A DNA stretch of 42,906 bases. It comes from Octopus bimaculoides. Lineage: Eukaryota. Shown here in pieces: positions 1 through 11,399 of this stretch (position 1 is its first letter; each line of letters begins with the position of its first letter). Where the stretch lies: NCBI RefSeq assembly GCF_001194135.2, contig NC_068999.1, positions 23,908,664 through 23,951,569 of the forward strand. The letters are read 5' to 3'. A model generated the notes under the pieces. That model was not told the origin of the DNA. It did not search any database and saw only the letters and a list, made by a program, of their open reading frames with translations. Made by a program: the position numbers and the translations under genes.

Positions 1-242
1 ATATGTGTGTATATATGTATATGTGTGTATGTATATATGTATATGTGTGTATATATGTATATGTGTGTGTGTATATATGTATATGTGTGTGTGTATATAT
101 GTATATGTGTGTGTATATATATATGTATATGTATATGTGTGTGTATATGTATGTGTATGTATATATTTGTATACATGTATGTATATGTGTGTATATATGT
201 ATATATATATATATGTATGTAGATATATGTATGTGTGTGTGC

Positions 243-282
<40 letters not shown>
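1..282. repeat. Compound (TA)n/(TG)n/(TATG)n microsatellite
   Basis: Directly visible. It produces the spurious Y/I/V/C/M ORFs in the track. Confidence 0.95.
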
Positions 283-757
283 GTCATCATCGTCATCACT
301 TAATGTCTGCTGGCATGGGTTGGACAGTTTGACCAGGGCTAGTAAGCTGAAGGCTGCACCAGACTCCAGTCTGATTTGGCATGGTTTTCTATGGCTGGAT
401 GCCCTTCCTAATGCCAACCATTCTGAGATTATAATGGGTGCTTTTACGTGCCACCGTCACAGGTGCCACTTCTGTGACACCGATATCTGCCATGACTGAT
501 TTTGCTCAGCTTGATGAGTCTTCTCAAGCATGACATAATGGCAAAAGTCTCAGTCATATCCTCTGTTAGGTACAGCACTCGAAAGGAACTCAGCCACGTT
601 GCCTCTGTGAGGCTCAACACTTGAAAGAGACTTGAGCTGTTTGCCTCCATAAGGTCCAATGCTCGAAAGCAACTCAGCCACTTTACTTCTGTGAGGCCCA
701 ATGCTCGAAAGGAAGTCTGGCACTTTGCCTCTGTGAGGCTCAAAACTTGAAAGGAAG
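283..757 (-). mobile_element. RTE-clade LINE 3' end with a tandemly amplified ORF-terminal 42-bp unit
   Basis: (CAT)n tail plus the shared 3' UTR (ggatgcccttcctaatgccaacc). Minus-strand translation gives five xFxxLxLTEAxxxx units resembling DLQTLGFTEAM of the copy at about 2905-2940. Confidence 0.75.
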
Positions 758-1234
758 TATATATATATATANNNNNNNNNNNNNNNNNNNNNNNNNNNNN
801 NNNNNNNNNNNNNNNNNNNNNNNNNNNNNNNNNNNNNNNNNNNNNNNNNNNNNNNNNNNNNNNNNNNNNNNNNNNNNNNNNNNNNNNNNNNNNNNNNNNN
901 NNNNNNNNNNNNNNNNNNNNNNNNNNNNNNNNNNNNNNNNNNNNNNNNNNNNNNNNNNNNNNNNNNNNNNNNNNNNNNNNNNNNNNNNNNNNNNNNNNNN
1001 NNNNNNNNNNNNNNNNNNNNNNNNNNNNNNNNNNNNNNNNNNNNNNNNNNNNNNNNNNNNNNNNNNNNNNNNNNNNNNNNNNNNNNNNNNNNNNNNNNNN
1101 NNNNNNNNNNNNNNNNNNNNNNNNNNNNNNNNNNNNNNNNNNNNNNNNNNNNNNNNNNNNNNNNNNNNNNNNNNNNNNNNNNNNNNTCTCATACTTGGTC
1201 ATAATGTCTTACGTTTAAGATGATCCCCATACAT

Positions 1235-1318
1235 TTCCCTGAGGAGAAGTTTACATTTTTAACATCGACGATTCCTATAGATCGCATAAATTGTGATTCT
1301 TCGAAACATATGTCGGAA
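1235..1318 (+). ncRNA. Type I hammerhead ribozyme motif (PLE-associated)
   Basis: Helix I TTCC(1235-38)/GGAA(1315-18), core CTGAGGA(1239-45), helix II GAAG(1246-49)/CTTC(1299-1302), GAAA(1303-06), palindromic helix III ACATATGT, and GTC cleavage triplet ending at 1314. Confidence 0.7.
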
Positions 1319-2181
1319 TAAAGTATGCAGTTATAACATGCGTTCAGTCCATTCCTTAAATTTATATATACTCAAATACCCAAAATATCAAGGAGTTTCT
1401 GCCTCAAAAACAGGAATTACACCACAGTTATTTTGTAATCTTTGCTACCCTGGTTTCTATTAACCCATTTATTCTATCTGAATTATTATTAATTAGGATA
1501 AAATAAATACATATAATTTAAATATATATGTATATGTGTGTGTATATGTATGTGTATATATATGTGTGTATGTATATGTATATGGTTAGTTCTTCATCTC
1601 ACTTGTCCAAAAGAATATCTAACCATTACTCTACATTTAGACATATCAATAAATGTAACAATACTGGGATTAGTAAATTAATCTGGTATCTCAAGGATCA
1701 TAATAAGCAATTTGATTTGGAATGGAATATTTTCTCTGTATCTTTTCCATATGATAAAAGTAAATCTTTTTGTTCGCTTTGTAACAGTGAGATCTTTATC
1801 CTGTTCTCAGAGAATTCCCTTGTAAACACGTTTATAGAATGTGTTTATCGTTGCAAACACTGGCAGAAACATACCTTTAGTTCCTATAAGTGATTTCTAC
1901 CATTCTCTAAAATTCGACCTTTGACTGTCTTCTTACATTTCACTTCCACTAAATATATTTACTTCCAAGCCTTTAAGCTTTATTCTAATTCACCTATCGC
2001 TCTATATCTTTCCACTATTAGTTTTCTGTTAATTTCTTTCTTTCTCCTCCTCTTTCTATAAATTACCTTGACGTTGTATCTACTAACGGTTTTTAAAAAA
2101 AACTTGCTAGCGTTCCCTTCATCATATACACAGTCATCATATTCTGTTAAAATGTCTTATTGATGTGTTTGATTTCTTTCT

Positions 2182-2264
2182 TTCCCTGATAAGATTGCAT
2201 TGTTTTACACCATTTTATTCCTTCTGGAATAATACCAATGTTTTCTTAAAAACCTATGTCGGAA
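2182..2264 (+). pseudogene. Decayed second hammerhead copy
   Basis: TTCC-CTGATAA...CTTA-AAAA-CCTATG-TC-GGAA. Core G8 and G12 are replaced by A and helix III is mismatched. Confidence 0.55.
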
Positions 2265-2494
2265 GTAGAGAGATTTAATAACACCTGCATTTAACTCTAT
2301 ATATTTATTTATCTATATTATTCAAAGACATTTCACCTAAACCTGGAGTTTCTACCTTTATAAGTAGGCTGCTGCACCCTTGGTACTTGTGTGAATTTTT
2401 GCTACCCTGGTAACTATTTATTTTTTCTGCTTTATTTGTAAACACTGAAAAAACACACATGCATTTATATATATATTATATATCTATATATATA

Positions 2495-3545
2495 TAAGAA
2501 TAGCCTGGGCAAAATTCAGAGAGCTCTTACCTCTGCTGGCGACGAAGGGACTCTCACTCAGAGTAAAAGGCAGACTGTATGACGCATGTGTACGAACAGC
2601 CATGCTACATGGCAGTGAAACATGGGATGTGACTGCTGAGGACATGTGTAAGCGCGCAAGGAATGAAGCCAGTATACTCTGATGGATGAGTAATGTCAGT
2701 GTGCATACCTGACAGAGTGTAAGTATCTTGAGAGAAAAGCTGAACATAAGAAGCATCAGTTGTGGTGTGCAAGAGAGACGATTGCGGAGGTATGGACATG
2801 TGAGAATGGATGAGGATAGCTGTGTGAAAAAGTGCCACACCCTAACAGATGAGGGAACCCATGGAAGAGGTAGGCCCAGGAAGATCTGGGCTGTGGTGGT
2901 GAGGCAAGACCTTCAAACATTGGGTTTCACCGAGGCGATGGCTTGTTACCGAGGCCTTTGGAAATATGCTGTGCGTGAGAAGACTCGGCAAGCCAAGTGA
3001 GACCTAAATCCAAGGCCTCTGCCAGGAGTGTAGCCAGCCCACTTATGCGTACCTTTCCTACATTGGACACTAAACTCCGCTTGCGAAGACTTGTTGTGGC
3101 AAGTGAAATCGAACTAAATTCGACGACTGGCACCCGTGCCAACGTCATCTCCTTCATTGGACATGTAACTCAGCTTGCGAAGACTTATTGGGGCAAGCGA
3201 AAGCGAAATCGGGATAGCATCTGTGCCTAGCGTCGCCTTTCTGGCACTTGTGCCCGTGACATGTGTAAGGATTTTCGAGCNNNNNNNNNNNNNNNNNNNN
3301 NNNNNNNNNNNNNNNNNNNNNNNNNNNNNNNNNNNNNNNNNNNNNNNNNNNNNNNNNNNNNNNNNNNNNNNNNNNNNNNNNNNNNNNNNNNNNNNNNNNN
3401 NNNNNNNNNNNNNNNNNNNNNNNNNNNNNNNNNNNNNNNNNNNNNNNNNNNNNNNNNNNNNNNNNNNNNNNNNNNNNNNNNNNNNNNNNNNNNNNNNNNN
3501 NNNNNNNNNNNNAAAGCGGACGTTAAACGATGATGATGATGATGA
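2495..3545 (+). mobile_element. 5'-truncated RTE-clade LINE (ORF C-terminus, 3' UTR, (GAT)n tail), spanning a gap
   Basis: Degenerate translation LPLLATKGLSLRVKGRLYDACVRTAMLHGSETW...RRLRRYGHVRMDEDSCVKKC...GRGRPRKIW...DLQTLGFTEAM is a typical RTE post-RT C-terminus. Confidence 0.88.
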
Positions 3546-3547
3546 TA

Positions 3548-3579
<32 letters not shown>

Positions 3580-5640
3580 TAGCAGTGATACCCGGCGTTG
3601 CCCGTGTTACACGCAATGGAGAAATTGTTGAGAATCTTTTTGACTTGGGTGTTATATCTATTGTTGGAACTTATTTGAAATAGGAAATATATGTATGTTC
3701 ACTGGGTTTGTAAAAGAAAGCAAATCTACAGGAAACCAAAAGACGAATGATCACAATAAGCAGTCAGCTACCCTACCCTAGTCGTTACTACTCCCCAATG
3801 TAGAATTCCTCACTATACAGGTGACAGGCACAGCCGTAAGATGCATTATAGATCTATAGCAATTGGAAGGGTGTGACCCAACTCAAATAAGCATTAACAA
3901 CTGTGTGACGTGAGGACTAAAGGAAAATGAAAGTGTCACCTCTGGACTTTGCAACTGACTACTGTACTGATAGGTAACTGGACAGAATAAATTTACAATC
4001 TATAAATGTCTTTGAATAACCAGTCAATCATCTGGGAAGGCCTTGAAATCAATGTTACTATCTGGGGACTATGTGTGACCCAGTGATAACAAAAATACTC
4101 AAAGGAGGTCTGCAAGGAAATAACTTTACTCAACACTTTGCAACTGAATCAGTGGAGGCAAGGATGCCTCTCATTTACTTGACCNNNNNNNNNNAATCAG
4201 TGGAGGCAAGGATGCCTCTCATTTACTTGACCATTTATGCACCACATTGCAGAAATCACAATGTAAGTATATCTGAAAGGAAACTGTTACACTGTTGTAC
4301 CGTTGAATTACAAATAACGCTCATATTTTGTGCTCAGGTGACCCTACAACTTCCAAGAGTACAGCTGTATTCATCTTTGCTTAGATAAAATGACTAAATT
4401 GTGGGTGTTAAGTCCCCATGAAGAGGTCTTTCTAACTTCTAAGAAGATGAAATTTTAGAAATTTTACTTCATTTGTGCCTAATATCTATGGTTAAAATTT
4501 CATTAACAGCAAAAATATATGAATTGCATAGAATATAATTGCATAGAATATAATTATCAAATTTCATAAAGATCCATTCAGTACTTTTAACCTAGTTTTG
4601 GATCATAAAAAATGACTAAAATTTGGGAGTTAAGGCCCCCATTAGGGGGTCATAGAATCTTCATGAGAAGTGGAAAGTTTGAGAATACATCTTGATGTGT
4701 ATCAATTACCCATCACCATCATCTAGTGGATGCTTTTATGTGCCACCAGCACGAGGGCCAGTATGATTTTTCACGTGCCACCAGCACAAGTGCCAGTAAG
4801 GCGACGCTGGTAATGATCACACTCAAATGGTGCTTTTTACGTGCCACTGGCATGGAAGCCAGACAGCTGCTCTGGCAATGATCACGCTCGGATGGTGCTG
4901 TTAGCGCTCCACTGGCACGGGTGCCAGTCATTGAACTTGGTTCGATTTTGATTTTGATTTCACTTGCCTCAACAGGTCTTCACAAGCAGAGTTTAGTGTC
5001 CAATGAAGGAAAGGTACACATAAGTGGGCTGGTTACACCCCTGGCAAAGGCCACGGGTTATGGTCTCACTTGGCTTGCCAGATCTTCTCACGCACAGCAT
5101 ATTTCCAAACGTCTCAGTCACTAGTCATTGCCTTGGTGAGGCCTAATGTTCGAAGGTCGTGCTTCAACACCTCATCCCAGGTCTTCCTTGTCTACCTCTT
5201 CCACAGGTTCCCCAACTGCTAGGGTGTGGCACTTTTTCACACAGCTATCCTCATCCATTCTCGCCACATGACCATACCAGCGCAATCATCTCTCTTGCAC
5301 ACCACAACTGATGCTTCTTAGGTCCAATATTTCTCTCAAGGTACTTACACTCTGTTGAGTATGCACACTGACCCATGGTTGAAATTTCATCAACATCAAA
5401 AATTTATGAATTTTCATGGGGGTTCTGCCCCCTTTAAACCATCTCAAATTCAAACCAAACATACTGCAAAGGATCCATTCAGTAATTTTGGTCCATGAAT
5501 TTGTATGAAACACAACATTACCCTTCTCCCTAGGCTTGGATTTTGTGTTCCAAATTTCATTAGGATCGGGGGAATAGTTTTCGAATGTATAAGTAACACA
5601 CGAATACACATAAAGACATTGACTTTTATATAATATATAT
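3580..5640 (+). mobile_element. Possible non-autonomous Helitron/Helentron-like element interrupted by an RTE copy
   Basis: Begins ACTAGCAGTGATACCCGGCGTTGCCCG and ends ccaaatttcat..gatcgg..cacataaagacattgacttttata. Both termini resemble invertebrate DINE/HINE-like repeats. Internal repeated blocks lie at about 4387 and 4608. Confidence 0.4.
4711..5375 (-). mobile_element. RTE LINE 3' fragment
   Basis: Reverse complement of the 2728-3250 type sequence (LREILDLRSISCGVQER...). Confidence 0.85.
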
Positions 5641-5702
5641 GAATATAAACATATACATACATATGTATGTGTGTGAGTGTGTGTGTATTATATATATATA
5701 TA

Positions 5703-6005
5703 TCATCATGATCATCATCGTCGTTTAATGTCCGCTTTCCATGCTAGCATGGGTTGAACGATTTGACTGAGGACTTGTAAAACCAGATGGCTACACCAGG
5801 CTCCAATCTGATTTGGCAGAGTTTCTACAGCTGGATGCCCTTCCTAACGCCAACCACTCCGAGAGTGTAGTGTGTGCTTTTACGTGCCACCGGCATGAAG
5901 GCCAGTCAGGCGGTACTGGCAACGGCCACCCTCAAAATGGTGTATTTTATGTGCCACCCGCACAAGAGTCAGTCCAGGGGCACTGGCAACGATCTCGCTT
6001 GAAAG
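5703..6005 (-). mobile_element. RTE-derived 3' UTR/tail repeat
   Basis: catcatcgtcgtttaatgtccgctttccatgctagcatgggttg..., near-identical to 31218-31545 and 42725-42906. Confidence 0.88.
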
Positions 6006-6192
6006 TCCTTACACATGCATATTTACACAATTGTGCCCCAAAGATTTGCTTCTTCATAACCTTGAGAAAATTAAATATTTCTTTTCTACAAATATGCTTC
6101 AGATCATCTATACATATACATCTATACATATGCATCTATACATATACAGCTATACATATACATGTATACATATACATGTATACATATACATG

Positions 6193-6243
<51 letters not shown>

Positions 6244-6853
6244 NNNNNNNNNNNNNNNNNNNNNNNNNNNNNNNNNNNNNNNNNNNNNNNNNNNNNNNNN
6301 NNNNNNNNNNNNNNNNNNNNNNNNNNNNNNNNNNNNNNNNNNNNNNNNNNNNNNNNNNNNNNNNNNNNNNNNNNNNNNNNNNNNNNNNNNNNNNNNNNNN
6401 NNNNNNNNNNNNNNNNNNNNNNNNNNNNNNNNNNNNNNNNNNNNNNNNNNNNNNNNNNNNNNNNNNNNNNNNNNNNNNAATGCAGGGTTATCATCAACTG
6501 TACAAATAAATAGAATTTTACTCAGTCGGGCACATTAATATAATTTTACTCAAATACTTTAACAGACCAAGAAAATTGAAGAAATCCATGTTGTTGCTAT
6601 TGCAGCTGAGAATACACCATACTTCCAAGAAAAGTATGAAGCTTACTGGGGTCTGTAAAGGATTGTGTTTCATTTCTAATTTATTTGTCGTTTTATCAAC
6701 TATGAAATCTAAACTAGAGGACTGTGTCTGTTTGGAATGAAGGGCAAGAGTGAGTTGACAGCTGATGGCTAGGTATGATCATAAATATTGTCAAGATATG
6801 AGGAGTAGTATAAAGTAACTCTTTATAAAGGAAGCTGGATAGGGGAAGACCCC

Positions 6854-7212
6854 AAATCATGATGTTAATTACCAGTTAAAGGGGCAAGATGCTAATAAAA
6901 TCTATGATGTTAATACAGAGGAAATTTTATCATGAGGTACGTTGGGTGATTGTTTATAAACAATATTATGTTGTATAAAGATAAAATTTAAGATTATCAA
7001 AAATGATATAACCAAAATAGGTAAGATGTATGTATATATCAATTTTCAACATTAAAAAGGAAAGTTTACATAGAATTAGCTTCATCTTTATACAACATAA
7101 TATTGTTTATAAAAAATCACCCATAGTACCCCATGATAAAATTTCCTCTGTATTAACATCGTAGGTTTTATTAGTGTCTTGCCTCTTTAACTAGTAATTA
7201 ACATCATGATTT
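6854..7212. repeat. Foldback inverted repeat with 129-bp arms and a 101-bp spacer
   Basis: 6854-6982 is the reverse complement of 7084-7212 at about 90% identity by eye. No TSD seen. Confidence 0.9.
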
Positions 7213-7747
7213 AGTATCTTTGGTAATTGTGTTTATTTCCACCATGCAACACTTATGAGATCAACATGTTGTCTATCGAAAGAGTGCTCTTTGGCACAAG
7301 TAAATGCCAATGAAATCATTTCAAACCTTTCTGATTTCCCTTATCAAAACAGATAGAATTTGTTCAACAATCTGACATATAAGTTATTGTCACCCGGGAA
7401 GAGGATTTTTTATGCTCAAGAAAGAGAGTGTATTTGATAGAAATTATTGAAATACATATGAGTAGCAAATTGTGGAGGATGATATTCACTGTACTTGGAT
7501 CTAGTTAGTTTGAGTCACAAAATCAGCCCCCTTTTAAAATGACGTAAAAAAAATCTGAAAATTTACCATATTAAACATTCATTTCTTATTCAGGACCTAG
7601 TTTGTTTCATTCACAAAATCTGCATTTTTTTAAAAGTAAGTAAAAAAACCTGAAAATTGGTTATCTCGATGCAGTTTTCTATGCTTATTCCTATAAAGCC
7701 ATGAACTTCTGGAGAAAAAATTTGACACACAAAATTTTTTATTTTAT

Positions 7748-8604
7748 TTCATGGTTTTAAAATATGGACAGTCTGAATCAACCATTTGTTTCTCTTTATA
7801 ATTTTCAAATAATTTTATAAATATTTTAAAATCAAAATTACATATATACGAGTGCCAGAAACAGTAGTTAAAAATTAAGGAAATAGATTTTTGGGAGATC
7901 TCTTATTATGACTGACTTTTATTCCATTATTCTAGTATCTTCTGAAACTTATATATGTATGAATGCATACAGAAACATACAAATATACACACACACACAC
8001 ATACATTTTTACAGAGTTAGTTTTATATACATCCTTTGATATATATAAGTATTTAAGCATATTTACATAATTGTTTGATTTGCTTCTTCATAACCTTGAG
8101 AAAATTAAATATTTCTTTTCTACAAATATGCTTCAGATCATGTAGATTCCGATTAAACTGGAATTCATTGTGAAAACAGTTTGTCCCTAGAGAACTTTTA
8201 GAAAATTCTCACCATTAAGCTTTGTTGCATGTATGTATACATATTGTTTTAATTGTATCTTTATACATGCACTTACCCATGAAAAACTGGCACATCGTCA
8301 GTTATGTCAATCATAAGTATCCAAAACTTCTTCACCACTTTCCCAACTTCATTATCTCCTCTTAACAAGAAGGCCTTCATCTACTTGGACTATATGTTGT
8401 ACTACTGCATGGCTGTCTGTCTGCTAATATTGCTGATGGACATGCAGCATGTCGCTGGCATTTCACATATAAAGTCCAGGATTATGTGAAAAAGTGTGAA
8501 GATCATCAGCTGACTTTCTTCCATAAAAGTATTAAAAAATTCTTTGGAAATTATAAAGAGAAATGAATGGTAGATTTGGACTGTCCATATTTTAAAACCA
8601 TGAA
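7748..8604. repeat. Inverted repeat with about 80-bp arms (7748-7827 / 8526-8604), possible MITE subterminal arms
   Basis: Perfect 26-bp core TTCATGGTTTTAAAATATGGACAGTC and its reverse complement, extending inward with mismatches. Confidence 0.75.
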
Positions 8605-9074
8605 TTAAAAAAAAAAATTGGTTGGGTGGGAGATACTTTTTTTTTTTTTTCATGATCATATCAATTCCATTATGAAGACAGAATTGAAAAAATTTTGTAA
8701 AAATTCATAAAAATACAGAAGTTATGAGGGGTTTTAGCACATGCTTACATCATAATTCTGCCCATTCATACACACACACACACACACGTCTGTGTGTTTG
8801 CTAGTGTCTGTTTTGCCTTTAGTTTTTGTTTTATTATACACATCAACAAATGAGCCAATGGTGTACTCTGTGTGGTGGTTCAATTTGCTAGAGATAACAG
8901 CCAAATTTCCCTTATATTATGCTCTTGTTAGTATTAAGGAAAGGGAAAATGTTTACTCCTGTCTATCATGATTAAAATTAATATTTTTGATTTTGTTTGG
9001 CTCTATGAATTTAATCTTTCTTTTGATGCTTCTGTCTATTGCTTGATATAGGAAATGGGAAAATCCTGACCCAA

Positions 9075-9122
9075 AAAGAGCAATGTTGTGGGGGACAAAC
9101 ACAAACACATAAGCATATACAC

Positions 9123-9168
<46 letters not shown>

Positions 9169-9308
9169 GACAGTTTCCGCCTACCAAATCCACTTACAAG
9201 GCTTTGGTCAGCCCGAGACTATAGTAAAAGACACTTGCCCAAGGTGCTTCACAGTGGGAGTGAACCCGGAACCATGTGGTTAGTAAGTAAGCTACTTACC
9301 ACATAGCC
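9075..9308 (-). mobile_element. tRNA-derived SINE family B (internal CA/TA microsatellite)
   Basis: Reverse complement of the 13513 copy head (ggctatgtggtaagtagc..ggttccgggttcactcccac). Confidence 0.8.
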
Positions 9309-9310
9309 AG

Positions 9311-9503
9311 TGGTTGGCATTAGGAAGGGTATCCAGCTGTAGAAACCAAGCCAAATCAGATCGTAACCTGGAGCAGTTCTCTGGCTTATCAGTTCCAGTG
9401 AAACCATCTAACCCATGCCAGCATGGAAAGCAGACATTAAATGATGATGGTAGTGGTGATGATGATGTTGGTGGTGGTGGTGATGATGATGATGATGATG
9501 ATG
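9311..9503 (+). mobile_element. RTE 3' tail fragment
   Basis: tggttggcattaggaagggtatccagctgtagaaac...cattaaatgatgat. Confidence 0.8.
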
Positions 9504-9599
9504 GTGTGTGTGTATNNNNNNNNNNNGGTAAATGGTCACCATTTTATATTTTTAATTTTGTGCATTGTTTTTGATTTTTTTGACTACACAGTATAGTAG

Positions 9600-10334
9600 G
9601 GTTAGTTGGGCACTGTCTGTAAGAAAAACAGCACCACGGCACAATTCACTCTGCCAGAAATTTGGAAATGACATGCTGTATTGCTTGGCATTTGTGTCAG
9701 AAGCTCTAGTACGAAGCACTGGAAGCTCCAATATGAACGTGTACCTAGAGTGATAAAAATCAAACGTCCAGTCAACATCATGATGTTATGCCTCCATTCA
9801 TCTCCCCATATGGCCTCAGACTCAACACAGAGGCCTACATCAAGTGCCTAGAGGAGGTAGTGCTGCCCTGGGTCAAGAGGGTGGCTGCTGGAAGATCCTC
9901 TGTCTGGTAACAGGATTCTGCACCATGCCACACAAGCAGGAGAACCCAGTCATGACTGTCAGATAATTTCTGCCACCACGTCACCCCCAACATCTGGTCA
10001 CCTAACTCCCCAGACTGCAGCCCCCTTGATTATTGTGTGTGGGATGCAGTTGAGTGAGATATCAACAAAACTCCTTGTAACACTAAAGATGAACTGAAGG
10101 CAAGGATTATGACAGCATTCACCAACTTAAACAAGGAGACTGTCCAGAAGAGTTGCAGGAGATTCTGAAGTCGTTTGGAGGCTGTGGTTAAAGTTCAGTG
10201 ATTTATTGAATAAATCTACTCTTTAGTATTTCAAGCTATTTCTATGTAATTTTGGTAAATATCTGTTAAAATGAGATATCAGTGTTATTTTCATTTTTCC
10301 TTAATTTAGATGACAGTTTATTCACCGCACCCTG
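9600..10334 (+). mobile_element. Internally deleted Tc1/mariner DD37D (maT-type) transposon remnant
   Basis: Degenerate ORF ...LEEVVLPWVKRV..QDSAPCH...WSPNSPDCSPLDY... has 37 residues between the last two Asp. The right end reads CACCGCACCCTG|TA. The left TIR was not identified. Confidence 0.8.
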
Positions 10335-10357
10335 TATATGTTTATGTATGTATATGT

Positions 10358-10660
10358 ATCATCATCGTCGGTTAACATCCACTTTCCATGCATGCATGGA
10401 TAAGATGGTTGACAGGAGCTGACCAGGTAGAAGACTACACCAAGCTACTGTGCTTGTTTTGACATGGCTTTTACAACTGGATTCCCTTCCTAACACCGAC
10501 CACCTTGCAGAGTGGACTGAGTGTTTTTTACGTGGCACCAGCACAGGCAAGGTCAGTTTTGGCATAGTTTTTACGGCTGGATGCCTTTCCAAATGCCAAC
10601 CACTTTATAGTATGAACTGGATGTGTTTTACATGGCATCAGCACCTGGAGGGTCACCAAG
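10358..10660 (-). mobile_element. Diverged RTE 3' UTR fragment
   Basis: catcatcgtcggttaacatccactttccatgc...ggattcccttcctaacaccgaccac. Confidence 0.7.
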
Positions 10661-10873
10661 TAACTTGCTAGACAAGGAATTTTGAGAGGGATGGATGCAC
10701 CGGAGTAGGGGATCTTGTGTCAGATGATGAAAGGTTAGAGTGTGAGAGACAAGAGAGTCAGAAACAGGTGTCTTGCTATAGAGGAGGTACATGGTTACCT
10801 AGAGAAAGAGAGAGGGAAAGAGAGGTAACAAGAAAGAGGACAGAAACAGGTTAATGTATGTATATATATATAT

Positions 10874-10981
10874 AATTGTTAAAGAGGACAACAAACATTA
10901 AGGCAAGGCAAACATCTCAAGTCATATACATTATTACTATTGGAAAAAAATTCAGTCTAACAGCTGTCCTCTTTAACAATT
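10874..10981. mobile_element. 108-bp mini-MITE with perfect 17-bp TIRs in (TA)n
   Basis: AATTGTTAAAGAGGACA (10874-90) and TGTCCTCTTTAACAATT (10965-81), with TA repeats on both sides. Confidence 0.7.
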
Positions 10982-11136
10982 ATATATCTACTATATCAGA
11001 AATCTGCAAAGGCTCCATAACTACTGTCTCAGCTATAACCTTGGAGCCCTAGTAATCTGTTACAGCACTTACCTAGCGTACCTAATTGTTTAGATCACCT
11101 GTGAACTAAACCTCCATACTTTGTATGTGTATATAC

Positions 11137-11197
<61 letters not shown>

Positions 11198-11399
11198 GAT
11201 CTCACCCTTAAGGAAGAAGAGGAATATACAGTATACTATACAATCTGTATTTATTTTTTACAGTGTTTCTTTGTATTTAGGGATGACATCCCTTTTGCTA
11301 TGTAGTTAAAAACTTCATTGCATTTAGATGCTTAAAACAATGTGCATATTCTCTAGAGGGCTTCCTGTGTTTATCTATGACAATTTTAGACACTTAGGT

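Larger units (their letters stand above)
1235..2420 (+). mobile_element. Penelope-like element remnant: two diverged pseudo-LTR-like repeats around a GIY-YIG C-terminal ORF fragment
   Basis: ORF 1575-1893 (NHYSTFRH..GISKLIWYLK..WNI..PY..CSLC..RCKH) resembles PLE endonuclease C-termini. Colinear repeats at about 1235-1455 and 2182-2411 share TTCCCTGA, TATGTCGGAA, GGAGTTTCT and TTTGCTACCCTGGT. Confidence 0.72.

Noticed and set aside
3-499. Long Y/I/V/C/M-rich ORFs here and at about 6031-6513, 9011-9306, 11121 and 13608-13863
   Set aside because: They are translations of (TA)n/(TG)n microsatellites, with no splice or homology support.
4147-4232. 38-bp exact tandem duplication around a 10-N gap
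   Set aside because: This is the typical signature of unmerged overlapping contig ends.
9280-9330. Head-to-head SINE-B/RTE junction, loosely repeated at about 29270-29310, as a chimeric element
   Set aside because: The junction points and spacers differ between the two sites, and both families are dense enough for chance adjacency.
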